Made by a program: the position numbers and the translations under genes. A stretch of 63,986 bases of DNA, the filler included, from Collodictyon triciliatum (lineage: Eukaryota): NCBI GenBank assembly GCA_043381765.1. It is 6 parts of 6 records of this genome, joined end to end, with 100 filler letters (N's around TTAATTAATTAA, not from the genome) between each part and the next. Parts side by side here need not be neighbours in the genome. Positions count along the whole stretch, not along the records: positions 39,329 to 45,939 come from JBHJMP010000152.1; positions 46,040 to 55,338 come from JBHJMP010000153.1; 4 more parts are not named here. One strand, given 5' to 3'. This document shows positions 39,329 through 52,719 of the stretch, piece by piece. How positions within the stretch are numbered: position 1 is the stretch's first letter; every line of letters begins with the position of its first letter. A model generated the notes under the pieces. The model had not been told where the DNA came from and searched no databases. It saw nothing but the letters and a program-made list of their open reading frames with translations.

Positions 39329-42261
39329 CAATTGGTTCAGCATATATTGAGGTCAGGACAAACACACCACCCAGACGAGGCCAAACCTCATCGAGTCTCG
39401 CTTCTGTGCTACCATTGAAGGATGAGACCACTGTCATTGCACAAGGCTACACCGACGATTTGGAAGACTATCCACTTAAATATTCCTTCTACGCCGTTGC
39501 AGATGTGGGGTTTTTTGAAGCTTAAAATCATTCACGATTACGATAAATCGAACATATTTACAGCCACTTTATAAATAAATGACTATCTTTTCTTGACTAG
39601 GGCGTAAGAGTTAGCCTTCTCTACGATGACATAGTAAACTTTGTGCAAACGCGTATACCCATCATAAAGTCATCCAGTGTCACCATTTTTGCTCAAGTGA
39701 CTATTAGATTTTCCTCTTGCAATAACTTCATATACTTCATTTTTATTAGTTATTTAATTATAGATAGGAAAAAAATTATTTTTTTTAAAAAAAATGTTAA
39801 CATCTTGTTTGAAAATATTTGATATTTGTTCGAATGAAGAGTAAATATGAAGAGTTAACGAAACATGTTTCATATCAGGTTAAGGATGTGATTGGCGATT
39901 CTACGACAGATTCTGTTACAATCCAAGTCGGCACTGTCTCAAACGTCACAGAGTTGATTTCTGAGTTGGTAGATATTGATTACAATCTAGCAGTCAAGGC
40001 TCTCGATTACTTCAGTGCATCTAAATTGGCGTCACTTATTTTGTCAAGTTTGAACTCTGGTACGTCTTATAAAAAAAATTATGACTACGTATGCGCTGGA
40101 TTAACAGCTTTTGTGTATCTTGCAGAAATTTTGATTGAAGTAAAGTAAACTATCATTATATTTCTTGTCCTCAAATTCGATATTTTTTTTTGTTCCGAAG
40201 TCATTATTTTGCTGAAATCTTTTATTTATTTTAGAAGAGGAACAGTCATCTCGTAGACAGTATCGCGACTCACTGGACATACGAAACTATATCCTTCAGA
40301 ATCAAGTAAACCATACTATTTTGTAGAATCCCAATACCATACTAAATCATGTATATCGACCTGATATACTATCAATTATTGTATCCCGATTTAACACTTT
40401 TCTCAAATACCAGGCCCTTTCTGTCAAGAATGCCACAATCACCATGCCGTACATCCAAACGGTTCTTTCGACGCTTCTGCAGGGAACTTCTGTGTCCACC
40501 AAAGTTCGTTTGGTAAGAATATACTTTCTGAATGACTTATCTTTTTTTTCTTTCATAGAAACGGAATCATCGTTATTGAAATCATATTTTGTTCTTTCAT
40601 TTAGGATACAGCGGAGATGGTGAACGATTTTGTCAAAGAGACATCAGCGAGCGTAATTGAATTCAAAGATATTGGTGTCGTTTTTGTTGATGCTTCTGTG
40701 AAGCAGGTTAGAAAAATTGAAATGATTCAAGAAAAAGGAAAAAAGAGGATAAATCATGAAATCAAAACTCCATTGATAAACTGTACAATAATCAGATTCT
40801 GATATTAAATGAAAAACACCACTCTTTCATTTATTAGGACTACACCTTTGTCTTGAGCAACTTGATTGAAGGACAGGCACTGAATGGAACAGACACATCC
40901 ACACTTTTCAGCAACATTCGCTCCACAGTTGATGAAATCACTTTGATATCAATTCGAGACGGTGTATGCGGAGATGAGCAGATAAAACTGTCCTCGAACG
41001 CGATTGACATCTTCCATTACTCTGGTCTGATACCGTTTACCATTTTTAATAGACAAATTGTGAAAAAATGATAAATTCACAATGCGGTTTATTTCGACAA
41101 CATGTTCTTCAATATTCCGTCGATTTTTGCCGCATTTACTTATATTTTTACGCGGAATCAGATGTCGCAGAGAACTTGGGCTCTTATGAGCAGGTGTTTT
41201 CAAACAAGAACATCAGCATTACATACCCAAGCAGCCTCACTTCACAAGCATGTCTCACTGTGGTGGGCAAGGTTTTCAACGAGAACATGCACCACGACAG
41301 AAAGCGAATAATCACGTCGGGGACGGCACAGGCTTCGGTCTATGAAGACAGAGTCATGAATCCAACAAGTGTCGTCACACAAGGAAGCTTCGTATATGTT
41401 CTTCCATTCGAAGACATCTTCGGAAAGAATTGTAAGTTGTCTCTGTGCGCCCACCCTAAATTGCACACAATATTCAATTATTTTACCATAACATCAAATA
41501 TAGTTTTCTATTTTATTTTTATTTATTCATGCAAGTTCTTTTTTTTAATAAAAATAATGATTATGAAATGGAACTGTTCACCTGATTGTATGGCATTTTT
41601 ACAAATTAGACGAAGAGAAATGTGTCGCATTCAACGGGAACTACAACATCAAGGACTGCAAGACCGCCCATCGCGACTCTGAAAAAGTGACCTGCTCTTG
41701 CCAAAAGGTATGAAGCACCTCAAAGTATAAATAAATTCCACATGGCGAATAAAAATCATTTGTGTTCAGTTTTTTACATCTTATTTCATTCTTCTTTTTT
41801 CCTTTTCCTCTATTGTTAAACTGAAATGAAACAAACTGTACACATTTGCAATTTTTACACAGTCCATCGATGTTGCCGTGGCATCCTCAGCAAAGAAAGA
41901 TGACAATGTGAACCTGGCAGCCATTGTTGCGCCATCAGTCATCGGAGGTGTATTGCTGCTTGCAGGACTTATATTTGCGTTAGTTTTTTTCAATCAAAAA
42001 ACCATATTCATTTTAAGTAATTCAACCACATAATTATGATATAATATATTATTGTCCAAAAATGCATATATCGATTCAATTATTTTCGAGTGAATTCTTC
42101 ATGATTTCAGCTTTAGGCGTCGAAGGAAACCCCCAGCCCCAAACCCTGACGAGATGTTTACAATAGTGGCTCATTCGTTTGCCTTCTTCAATCCACACGC
42201 GAGGAAAGGCACAGAATGGGGCGTCATCATTTCGAGAGATGAGATTGATGACGTGGTGTAA
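39329..42261 (+). CDS. REJ-domain + GAIN/GPS-like single-pass receptor; 5' part missing
   Basis: NTPPRRG...GYTDDLEDYPLKYSF and QVKDVIGDSTT (REJ); C...C...VTCSC (GPS); TM IVAPSVIGGVLLLAGLIFAF followed by RRRRK; stop at 42261. Confidence 0.75.
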
Positions 42262-44302
42262 ACTATTCGGGAATTTATTATGTTATCTATGAGAGAATAA
42301 AAAAGAAGAGGCATCCCATAACTCATATAAATTGAGCCGAAAAAAATGTGAATTGATATCAATATATACTTAATATTAAGTATACATGGATATCATGAAT
42401 AATAATTTTCCAAGAATTGCCAACTTCGCTGTCAATTTCATAGTTTTGTATTGGATTAAAACGAATCCATCTCAGCGTGTCGCAAGGAAATATACACTCT
42501 TTGAAAACCTGAGCTTTTTCAAACATGTATTATGCAAAATGCATGATTTTGAGTTTCGATAGAAAGCCTTCCCAATTCAGATATATTTGCAGGCCTCTTC
42601 CTTCCAAAATTTACACGCTTTTTTTCAAGAATGCGCTTCAAAGTTACTCATAGATGTTGCTAATTTGATAAATTATGGGTTTATGTGAAATTTTCTTATA
42701 TTATATTTATTTACTTTAACGATACATGGCAAAAAGTGAGCGCAGAAAATGAATAAAAGGACCAGCAGAGGAGCTATCTTGACCAGTTTTCTGTGATGGG
42801 TTCTCCAGCGCTCATGAAACTGTCACTTGATGGATTTCCTATTACATGCATCCGATCAGCGTATCCCGGAGGTGAATGAGTTTACCTTTTGACTTTTTGT
42901 ATACCCTTGTAGAGGTAGTATCAAGCATCTAATATTATCCTCCAAAGAATTTTCCTTTTGATCCATAGTCGACCCTAGAGTTATTGTTGGCTGTGTTGGT
43001 ATGTATCTTATCTTCATAACAGATATGATTAGTCTGCACTGTCAGTTACATTTCCTTTGTTCTTCTTCGTTATATCAATTCATAAATTTACTTGTACAGA
43101 GGCTACTTTTTTTTAGATCTTTTTTTGAATATATGCATATCTTATTATAAGACTGTGTAGATTTAATACTTGGCATCAATCTTTTCTTTCTCTGCTCAAT
43201 CAAACTTACGTTAAAAATAAAGTTTGAATACCACATGTTCCATTCTAAATTCGATGCAATCATAAAAAAAAAAAACTTTACGAATCAGTTTTCTGTATGC
43301 AAACATGTCTCATGCGGCCTCTGGCATCTGTCAAACAAGCCACTATCGAATGTTGGCAATCAAGCGCCAGATGTGCTGTGCGACGAGTGATTCCTTCATC
43401 CATCCATCCACGATACAAATGGTGGACGCTATGAGTATCACGGCCACCAATCAGACCACACACAGCGCGCGTGTAAGAAACACTAAGCCCTCGTCAAGGA
43501 GTGAATCGTTTGATACACAATAGAAGCAACCTTCAACTAGAAGTCTTAAAGAAAGTAGTATTGGGAGTTATACGATAAATATGCGCGTTGTGAATTCATG
43601 TATTTAGATTTTATTATTTCTCTAAATCTGCATTTTCAAGACAGAAAGAAAGGCAAGGTGGCCATGTGATTTGTGACACAGCCAAAGCGTCTATTCAGTG
43701 GGCCAATAAGCTGATGCAGACTATTTTTATGAGCGTTCCTTTGCTGATCACAGAGTCGTCCTGCCCCGGTTTTCTGGGCTGTGATTATAACTCGCCATCG
43801 ACCCTTCATAATTGTTTTGGTTTGACAAGGAGCTGAGAAGACTTGCAAGAATGAACACAGCTTTTGTTTTCTTTTGTTTTCTTTTATTTTCTTTTATTTT
43901 CTTTTATTTTCTTTTGTTTTCTTTTGTTTTCTTTTGTTTTCNNNNNNNNNNNNNNNNNNNNNNNNNNNNNNNNNNNNNNNNNNNNNNNNNNNNNNNNNNN
44001 NNNNNNNNNNNNNNNNNNNNNNNNNNNNNNNNNNTTTCTTTTGTTTTCTTTTGTTTTCTTTTGTTTACGACGTTTGTTGCTCGGTGGAAACTGTGTTACA
44101 TTTTCTGGAGGGACGATAATGATTAGTGAAGGAGAGCTTTTCCTTGTGAACTGAGACAAGGAAGCGATTGGAATCAGTTTATTAGAATACTCGGACCTGC
44201 ATTTCCATAGTCGTATTTGTGCCTTTCTCTGCTGTCTTTCCTTCTTTTTTTTTTTCTTTTTATTTATTCCTTGTGATTAATTTTATATTTTTAGGGAGAA
44301 AA

Positions 44303-45700
44303 ATGGAGCCTGCTTCTCATGGATCGAGTGGTTCAGGGGATTTGCCCCCTGCTACTTGTGGACTCCAGGCGGAACAGAGCAATCTCATGGTTATTGCAGA
44401 GGACGAAGGCCAACAAGGAATGAGCTTTTCTCAAGTTGACGGACGTAAGTTACCAGCACTTTTTTTTTTTTTGAATTGTATGTTGAAACGGAATTATTAC
44501 TTAGAGTTTATCATACTAGTGTCATTTATTTTTTGCTATTGTTATTGTTTTTTATTGTTTTTTATTGTTTTTTATTGTTTTTTATTGTTTTTTATTGTTT
44601 TTTATTGTTTTTTATTGTTTTTTATTGTTTTTTATTGTTTTNNNNNNNNNNNNNNNNNNNNNNNNNNNNNNNNNNNNNNNNNNNNNNNNNNNNNNNNNNN
44701 NNNNNNNNNNNNNNNNNNNNNNNNNNNNNNNNNNNNNNNNNGTTTTTATTGTTTTTATTGTTTTTATTGTTTTTATTGTTTTTATTGTTTTTATTGTTTT
44801 TATTGTTTTTATTGTTTTTATTGTTTTTATTGTTTTTTATTGTTTTTTATTGTTTTATTATTATCATTATTACCTATATTATGCCTTTCATGTATATCAT
44901 ATGATTATGGTGTATCTGTTGATGAGCCTTTCTGTCCATTCGTAACTTTATTTTCACATCACTCAAAATCATTATTTGTATAGAATCTGAGGAAGTCAAG
45001 ACTAAGGCAAGAGCCAATTCTGAGAGGCCCAAAGAGGAGTGGTTCTCTTTTGCAATGCAACAGCATCCTGAAGTATACTTTAGACGAGCTTTACTTGATT
45101 TTCTTTACGTTCTTGTTGAACCCATTTAAAATTTTACTTTCGCTTTAATGAACGTATCAACTATATAGATATTTGCGTTATATGAGCGGTCTAAGCCTTT
45201 ATTTGAACGGCCTCCAAATCAGACAAATCAAGCTTTTCCTATCGACCGTGGAATTATGGCAGATATAATACCGCAGAATGAGCTTATCCAAATGATTCTG
45301 GAATACTTTGCAAAGAATAGTAATTGAATTGTCCTATTTCTTCTTTTTTATATTTTTTGTCATTATTTTCTTATGCCCTTTTTCGTTCACATATTCGACC
45401 TTATTGACCATATTGTATATCACAGAATATACAGAATCATTGGAACTTTTAGAGCACAGAACTGGGCACGTCCACCAACGTAAACCCTCTCATTGCATAT
45501 ACAAAAACTGTCCATACTTTGTTTATACTTTCTACCAGCCGAATCCATTAGAATATTCCATGCCCATATCTGTCTATTCGAAATGTGCTGAAACATCTAT
45601 GTAACTGTGACAGATACTCATAAAAGCATCACTGCAAGCCGTCTCGAGTTACTCTGCAGACTTGGTGCATCTGGTGTTAGCGATGTGCTTGGAGATTTGG
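44303..45700 (+). CDS. LisH-motif protein resembling the N-terminus of Dictyostelium-type LisH RasGEFs; truncated at contig end
   Basis: ELIQMILEYFAKNKYTESLELLEHRTG (LisH) followed by SRLELLCRLG. No GEF domain visible. Confidence 0.6.
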
Positions 45701-46039
45701 GTTCTGTTCATAAATATGATTTCTGCTCTTGCTTTTTTGTTTCTTTGTTTCTTTGTTTGTTTATTTGTTTGTTTATTTGTTTATTTGTTTATTTGTTTAT
45801 TTGTTTATTTGTTTATTTGTTTGTTTATTTGTTTGTTTTCTTTTATTCAGCTGTAACTTAATGGAAAAGGTTGCTACATCTTTTGATTGAACTATGGGCT
45901 TTTTTTTTTTTTTTGGGAAAAAACGTATTTTCATTTTTTNNNNNNNNNNNNNNNNNNNNNNNNNNNNNNNNNNNNNNNNNNNNTTAATTAATTAANNNNN
46001 NNNNNNNNNNNNNNNNNNNNNNNNNNNNNNNNNNNNNNN

Positions 46040-46099
<60 letters not shown>

Positions 46100-46379
46100 A
46101 AAAAACAAAAAACAAAAAAAGTCACAAAGAACAAATAAAGGGCAAGAGATAAGGCAAGAGACAGAATAAAAGAAGGGGTTGAAAGGAAAAATCCAAATTC
46201 AAAATATTGACGCACTAATTTCAAAACGGATCGAATGCCAAGAATAATGAATCTTTTGATGAATCCCGTTTGCGCTTCATAATTATACCACCTCCAAATC
46301 CACTGGCAAGGACAGGTATTTTTTATTTTTTTTTATTTATTTGCTTGCATATATTCTAGCCATAGCCAAATACTACACA

Positions 46380-48542
46380 ATGAGTCTCGGATCTTTACTC
46401 ACAACAACATCGGCCATCGGAGGGGTCGCAGCAATCGCGCTTGGGGCGCTATACTATTACCAGGTTTCCTTCTCTCTTTCGTCTCAAGCGCCTTCGTTGC
46501 GACCCGTCAAGCAAACGTAGGGATAATATGCAACTCTTTGATATACGATCTCATGTGGAAGTGTAACTCACTTCGTAAACGTGCAGGACGGATTGCTCTA
46601 CTTCCCAAATATGCCTCCAGGTAATAAACCGGATTTCCAAGAAAACATCGAAAAAACTTTCACCTTGCAGCATTTTCCCTGCAATAGAAATATATGAAAC
46701 AATGATACATACAATCATCGAGCTCGTTTTCTGTGACAAGGAGCTAAAAAAATTTTTTTCTCTCCTTTGGCTGTGTAATCCGATGACAATTATTTACACA
46801 ATTACGTAACAGAAGTTTAATATCATCTCTATTCGTTTAAAGTTAGATAGAAAATGGCATACGAACCTATTCCATCATTTATTTCCTTTGTTTAGACGCC
46901 CGGACGAACTTCCTCCAACCAGAGAGATTTGGAATCCGTCATCATGAAAATGTTTATGTTACAGCCAAGTAATCTTTAAAAATTTTAGCTTCACATTCCA
47001 CGAAGGAAAACCTAACTCCATGATGTTACCTCTATATTTGTTTAACAATTCATGAGTTTAACGATTTAATCAATCACTTATGATTCTCATCATTTTTCAA
47101 TATAAAACACTTAAAATTACAGAGATGGTGTGAAAATACACTGTTGGATGCTTTATCCTGATACACCAGACCGGTGCCGAAAGCTACCAACTGTCGTTTA
47201 CTTTCATGGGAATGCTGGAAGTATACGAATTTAACATATTTTACTCATGATAATATTTGAGAAAGGATTTTTTTATTGAATACATTAGAAAGAGATTAGC
47301 TAAATATATATGATATCAATAATTCTCGATTATGTTATCTTTGCCAATCAGTGTCATCACTCCACTATTGATAGATATGAGCTATTTCCTACCAAGTGTA
47401 AGCAGTATTGTCCGAGGCTTAAATGTAAAGGCCTTTCTAGTCTCATATAGAGGGTGAGCAGATCAAATAAATATAATACAGCTTATCAAGGGACCGAAAA
47501 TCATCAGTCTCATTAAAAACTTTCAGTTACTCACCTGATAACCTTACCACTTAAATAAATAAAAGGGGGAAGTGAAATCGGTGAAATATGAAATACTGGA
47601 AAATTCGCCTTTTATGTTCTTAAGATAATTTTTAATAGCACAAATAAATCGTTAAACATCATACATCCAGTAAATTAATTCAAGATAAAAACACATATAA
47701 TATACCAGCTACGGACTCAGTGAAGGAAGCCCCAGCGAGACAGGGCTTAAGTTAGACGGGGATGTGAGAAAATTAAATTAGCTTATAGCATAATAAAGTC
47801 TAGCCAAAAATTTAGCCGATATTAGATTTAAATCATTGTTTACTTTACACATTAAACCATTTAAGTAAATTTTCTAGTCTTTTTCTTATTCATTTTCTTC
47901 CTTCCCTTATCCATACATCAGAGTATGTTCATTGGTTACTGTGATTTTCCTCTCCTATCAGCCAACCCAGTTTTATATGTGCGCCACTACAGGCTGTTAT
48001 GGATCACCTCATCAGCCGCTCTGATGTTGATCATCAGAAAATCTGTGTTTATGGACTCTCCTTGGGCGGCGCTGTGGCAATCTACCTGGCTTCAACACGT
48101 CCACAACATGTAATGTGCAAGCAATTCACTGAAACATTACGGATTCAGCCTCTTCTGATAAATTATTGATTGATATGTTCCCTTCATGTTCAAATTAAAA
48201 GTTTCTACTTTCCCGTTTTATTTATCCGATCGAAATCCCCTCTCGTGAAAGCATTTGATTCGCTATTTAAATTCTTTTTTTCCCCCCTTCATCCAATTAA
48301 TGGAAAAACCCCCTCTGTGCAGATTCGGTGTGCTGTTGTGGAAAACACATTTACATCTATTCCTGACATGATTGATGTTGTGATGCCCTTCCTCGCAATA
48401 GCCAAACCACTATGTACTAATCGATGGGAGTCTATCGAGTTGATTAAAAAGGTCAAAGTTCCCATGCTATTTATCTCTGGACAAAGAGACGAGCTCGTAC
48501 CAAAGGTTCGACGTCTTGTGATGACCATTTCTATCTTTTCTC

Positions 48543-48593
<51 letters not shown>

Positions 48594-48816
48594 ATATAAC
48601 GTTTTCATGCCAGGGTCCATATCACCATGATTGCATCCAAATATCTAACTGTCTGGTTACCAAAAGGAAATGATGGAGAAACTCCACGATTCATGTGCCA
48701 AATCACCTCACAAAGAGTTACTGAAAATCCCAGCTGGGATGCACAATGACACGTGGTTGCGCAATGGATATGATGAAGGAATGCGAGATTGGTTCTCACA
48801 AATATTTCCCCATTAA
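46380..48816 (+). CDS. ABHD13: Alpha/beta hydrolase ABHD13/Bem46
   Basis: YYYQDGLLYFP, YFHGNAGN, SYRGYGLSEGSPSE, GLSLGGA (nucleophile), ENTFTSIPDM, SGQRDELVP, GMHNDTW. Confidence 0.93.
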
Positions 48817-49229
48817 TTTGAAAGAGATAATATAATTCTTACACGAGGAAATGCTTGCCGAAGAATTATCGCAAAATGAAACATTCACTCAATAAAATCT
48901 CACAATGATAAAACAATTCGAATGAGTAAATAATAGAGAAAAATACTTCTATAAATTGCAGGATAAGAGGAATTCGTGCGTGTCCGTCTTTAACAAAACA
49001 AAACAAAACAAAACAAAAAACCATCTATGAGAGTTGAAACTAGGATAGAAAAATGATATTTGTGTGGGCTTTTTTTTTGTTATGTTATGTTTGTGTATTA
49101 TCCCGAAAAAATAAATGTAAATAACAGGTGAAAACAACCTGTTACACCCATGTTTATTTCATAGTGAAGCGAGGAGAAACAATTCTCATAGGGATAATGT
49201 GATATGAACATAACAGCGTCCGACAAGTG

Positions 49230-51519
49230 TTATTCGAAGTAACCGAAACCCTGGAACGGTTCTATTATATCAGTTGGCTCAGTTCTTGAATCAAAAACGC
49301 TTTCGGGTGGGTCACCTAGGACGTGTGTCTGGATGCGAACACAATTACAACTCAATGATATGAGCAATTGTATGCCTTACATTCAAAATGCATATGTGAT
49401 TCTGAATAATGGGGTATTTGTCAGCTGTCAAGTTCCTACTTTTTCGGGGAAGGAGTTCGATGGGAAAGAAAAGCCGGGCGAGTCTCTTTCACTATGGTCT
49501 GATAGAGTTGCTGTATTTGAATTCAAATCGATCGCGCTGGGAGAGTTCAACTCTTCGGCTAGATAAGGGGTTGGCGGATTTTTCTTTTAAATCATTGCAA
49601 GTGAATGAGTGATATTCTCTACTATATTTTAGAAAATTATATTAAATTGTAGTGGTTTACAAATTGAAAGGAAGAATAAAACAATAAATTTAATGATTTA
49701 AACAAAATAAAATAAAGCCCCCAAATAATTACAAATAGACGAATAAAGTGTGATATGCGATGTGTCAATAAAACCTTGATGTCCTTTTAGGCTCGTCGAA
49801 TTATATGAGACGTCTGATATACGTCGTTCAAAACCATGTTTAAATCGCTGGACTTCCTGAAACACAAAATGCATGCCATCCTTGGTCTTTTCTTGGAGGG
49901 TTTGGGATAAATATACTTCTGAACGTAACAGGGAGAGAACATCCTTTGCGTCGCATATCTATTGCGGATTGTTACATAGTTTAAAAGGTATCGGGTGTAA
50001 ATGATTTTAAACTATAAAATAGAAGCAGAAAAATCAGTGAAGAATAAAAAACAAAGGAACATCATCCGAAAGAAAAGTAAGTTATTTTATGATAGAATAG
50101 TCTATCGAATATTCATCTTTATACCTCCCTTGTTATTTGTTGGATAATATCGATATGTGAAGAGATATCAGGGTTGGATAGAGATAGACCTGGAGAGGCT
50201 TAAGCGAAAATGTGGTGATAAGTCTCTCATTAAATGTGGTTTGCTCAAGATATTTTGATGTATTGAAATGTGTGGTTACTAATAAATAAACAAAAAAATT
50301 TATGTCCAGTCACCCTTACACATAAAATGTGCATTTAAAAGAGAAGGCTCATCCGCAGGGATGACATGATTGAGGTTGCTTGTGATATTTTCTCCAGATG
50401 CATCAAGACCAAGGTTCTCCGGCAATCCTGTCAACCTGTCATTATCCTGCTTTGACTATCCACGGTAATTAAAGATATCAGAATACCCACATGCATATTG
50501 TTTAAGATATCAATTTATGTAAGGTAGGCCAAATCATATTGAAAATCTTTAAAGGTACACAAAATTTTACACATTTTTGTCCTATGTCTACACTATATTC
50601 ATATGTATCTGCATTATCTTGATTGGAATTCCTCTTGTCAGTTTTTCTCCGTCGGATAAACTATGTTTTGTTTTTTTGTTTTTATGTAACCAATTGAAAT
50701 GTCAAGTATTGTAGGTATGGAAAATGAAAACGAGGGATTATTTCGATGATTAGCATGGTTTTTTTTTATTCTTCCTTTCAATTTTGCGCAGGATGGTGAA
50801 GATGTTGGCCGATGATTAGCATGGTTAAAATATGATGTGTTCTCAAAATACCCTTATGTCATCCTTCTTTCCTTCGACAAAATGTGAGTGTTTGAATTCA
50901 AGGCTCGTTGTCTCGGTCGTCTATTCCACACAATTTCAGGATTGTTTTGTTACTTGATAAAAGACACAAACATATAAAAAAGAAGAAAGAAGCATGCTTA
51001 CCTTACTAAACCCGTATAGATTGAGTTGGCGAATGAAGGAGCACATATTCTGATGTTGGAAATATTTTGGGAGAACAGTTTCCATGAACAGATGTGCCTT
51101 CCGAATAACAAAGGCTGTTCCCGATTCATCCCATCCTACAATATCCTTATCATAGAAGAAACACATGTTATTCAATAAACGTTGCGAAATAATTATCCAA
51201 ATGAAAATTTTAAAAGGTAATACGCACAATTATAAATCAAAATAAAGCGAAGTTATAGTATTGATACTGATACTGATAATTTTAATGACAATGACAATGA
51301 CAATAACAATGACAATGACAATAAAATTATAAATAGACATAAAAATAAATATAAAATAAGGAAAAAATCCGCAGCAAGGATGCCTAAAGTAATGTTTTTT
51401 TTCCACTTTACCTCAGTCTCCTTCTCTTCAGCTATGTCCCACAATTTTGAGGCAAAAACCGTAGGATACAGTGGGTTACCTCCCTCTTTTTGGTGAAGAT
51501 ATGCTTCGCGCTGAGTCAT
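49230..51519 (-). CDS. HSF-type DNA-binding domain transcription factor
   Basis: FASKLWDI, IVGWDESGTAFVI, VLPKYFQHQNMCSFIRQLNLYGFSK, EFKHSHF, FIRRRK; later exons join in phase to TAA at 49230. Confidence 0.85.
49643..49700 (+). mobile_element. Older LINE family A 3' stub (~25 bp) with decayed TSD
   Basis: CAAATTGAAAGGAAGAATAAAACAA flanked by TAAATTGTAGTGGTTTA / TAAATTTAATGATTTA. Confidence 0.7.
50744..50826 (-). mobile_element. LINE family A 3' stub (49 bp) with perfect 17-bp TSD, in an HSF intron
   Basis: CGATGATTAGCATGGTT at 50744-50760 and 50810-50826 flanks the reverse complement of GCCAACATCTTCACCATCCTGCGCAAAATTGAAAGGAAGAATAAA(A)n, which matches 14627-14679. Confidence 0.92.
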
Positions 51520-52719
51520 GGCTTTTTTTTCTTATGCAAAGTAATAAAAAAGTTTTTCTAAATGAGAACAATTCAGTAAAACAATGCATTTAAATAAATG
51601 AGATGAAAAAATCAGAGCCTAGTACGCATCAAAATGACAGGTTCTGGCAGGCTGAGACCCAGTCGGCGAAAGATTGGGGACTTTGTCTTTGTCGACGCAA
51701 ACCCAGCTGCCCTGACAGAACCACAGATCAAATCATAGATCACGTCGCAGGAGAAATAACAAAAGAAAAAGCATAACTAATTAACCAAATGTGGAATTTA
51801 TTTAGACATCACGATTTATTGCTCAGGATTATTTTTATGGTCAAATGGAAATAATTTCGGGCATTAGAATAATCGAATGTATATCTGAAGATGCAATCAC
51901 TAACCAGGACATCAATTTTGCGAGCAGAGAACCAGAAAAGCATATGCAGTAACGAATACATGAGTGCTTGAATGGCGAAATAAGAAGGGGATGTCACTTG
52001 CCTTGTATCTGCCCGGTTCGTGCGCTCTGGGTTGATGGCTCAGGGAAGCTCTAGTCAGCACAAAGACAATCACAACACATTTCGCGTATTTTTTTTTATT
52101 TTAATCTTAGGAATCCCAGAAAGTAAGCGCACCAGCCGCAAAGTGGCTTACCGAAAGGCATATCTACCAAAGTGTGTGTTTGTCCTACTGAAAAATTCCA
52201 TATCCTTTCATAATCCCAGCACGTCAACCAACACTCCCTTTTGCTCACACACTCTCCCATCCCGGAAGATCACCAACACGGCATTGCCCAGAGAGCAAGA
52301 GAACTATCGTGTTCACGTTCTCTATGAAAATGAAGGATTTTTTTTTTTTTTTTTTAAAAAAAAAGGGGTCACAACGAAAGGAATCGGAAGGCTGCCTTTG
52401 CCCTTCTCACACAAAATCACGCAAAACAAACAATGCCCCTCTTTCCTTCCAACCCCCTTCTGCCTGCCACTCTCGCACCCTAAGAACCAACACGCCAACA
52501 AAACACAACAAAGAAGAAAGGAAAGCGAAAGGAAAGCGAAAGAAAAGGAAAGAAAAGGAAAGAAAAGGAAAGAAAAAGAAAGAAAAGGAAAGAAAAGGAA
52601 AGAAAAAGAAAGAAAAAGAAAGAAAAAGAAAGAAAAAGAAAGAAAAAGAAAGAAAAAGAAAGAAAAGGAAAGAAAAAGAAAGCCAAACCAAACCGACATC
52701 AAAGCAGGAGCTGCCCAGG

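Noticed and set aside
42400-43400. Possible minus-strand exons with GT-AG borders
   Set aside because: No complete in-phase model and no recognised domain.
50744-50800. GATTAGCATGG...TGCGCAGGATG resembles U6 snRNA; the TSD at 968 has a U2-like CGGCCTT
   Set aside because: The matches are short, the second part is LINE 3' sequence, and no other snRNA sequence flanks them. No support for snRNA-targeted insertion.
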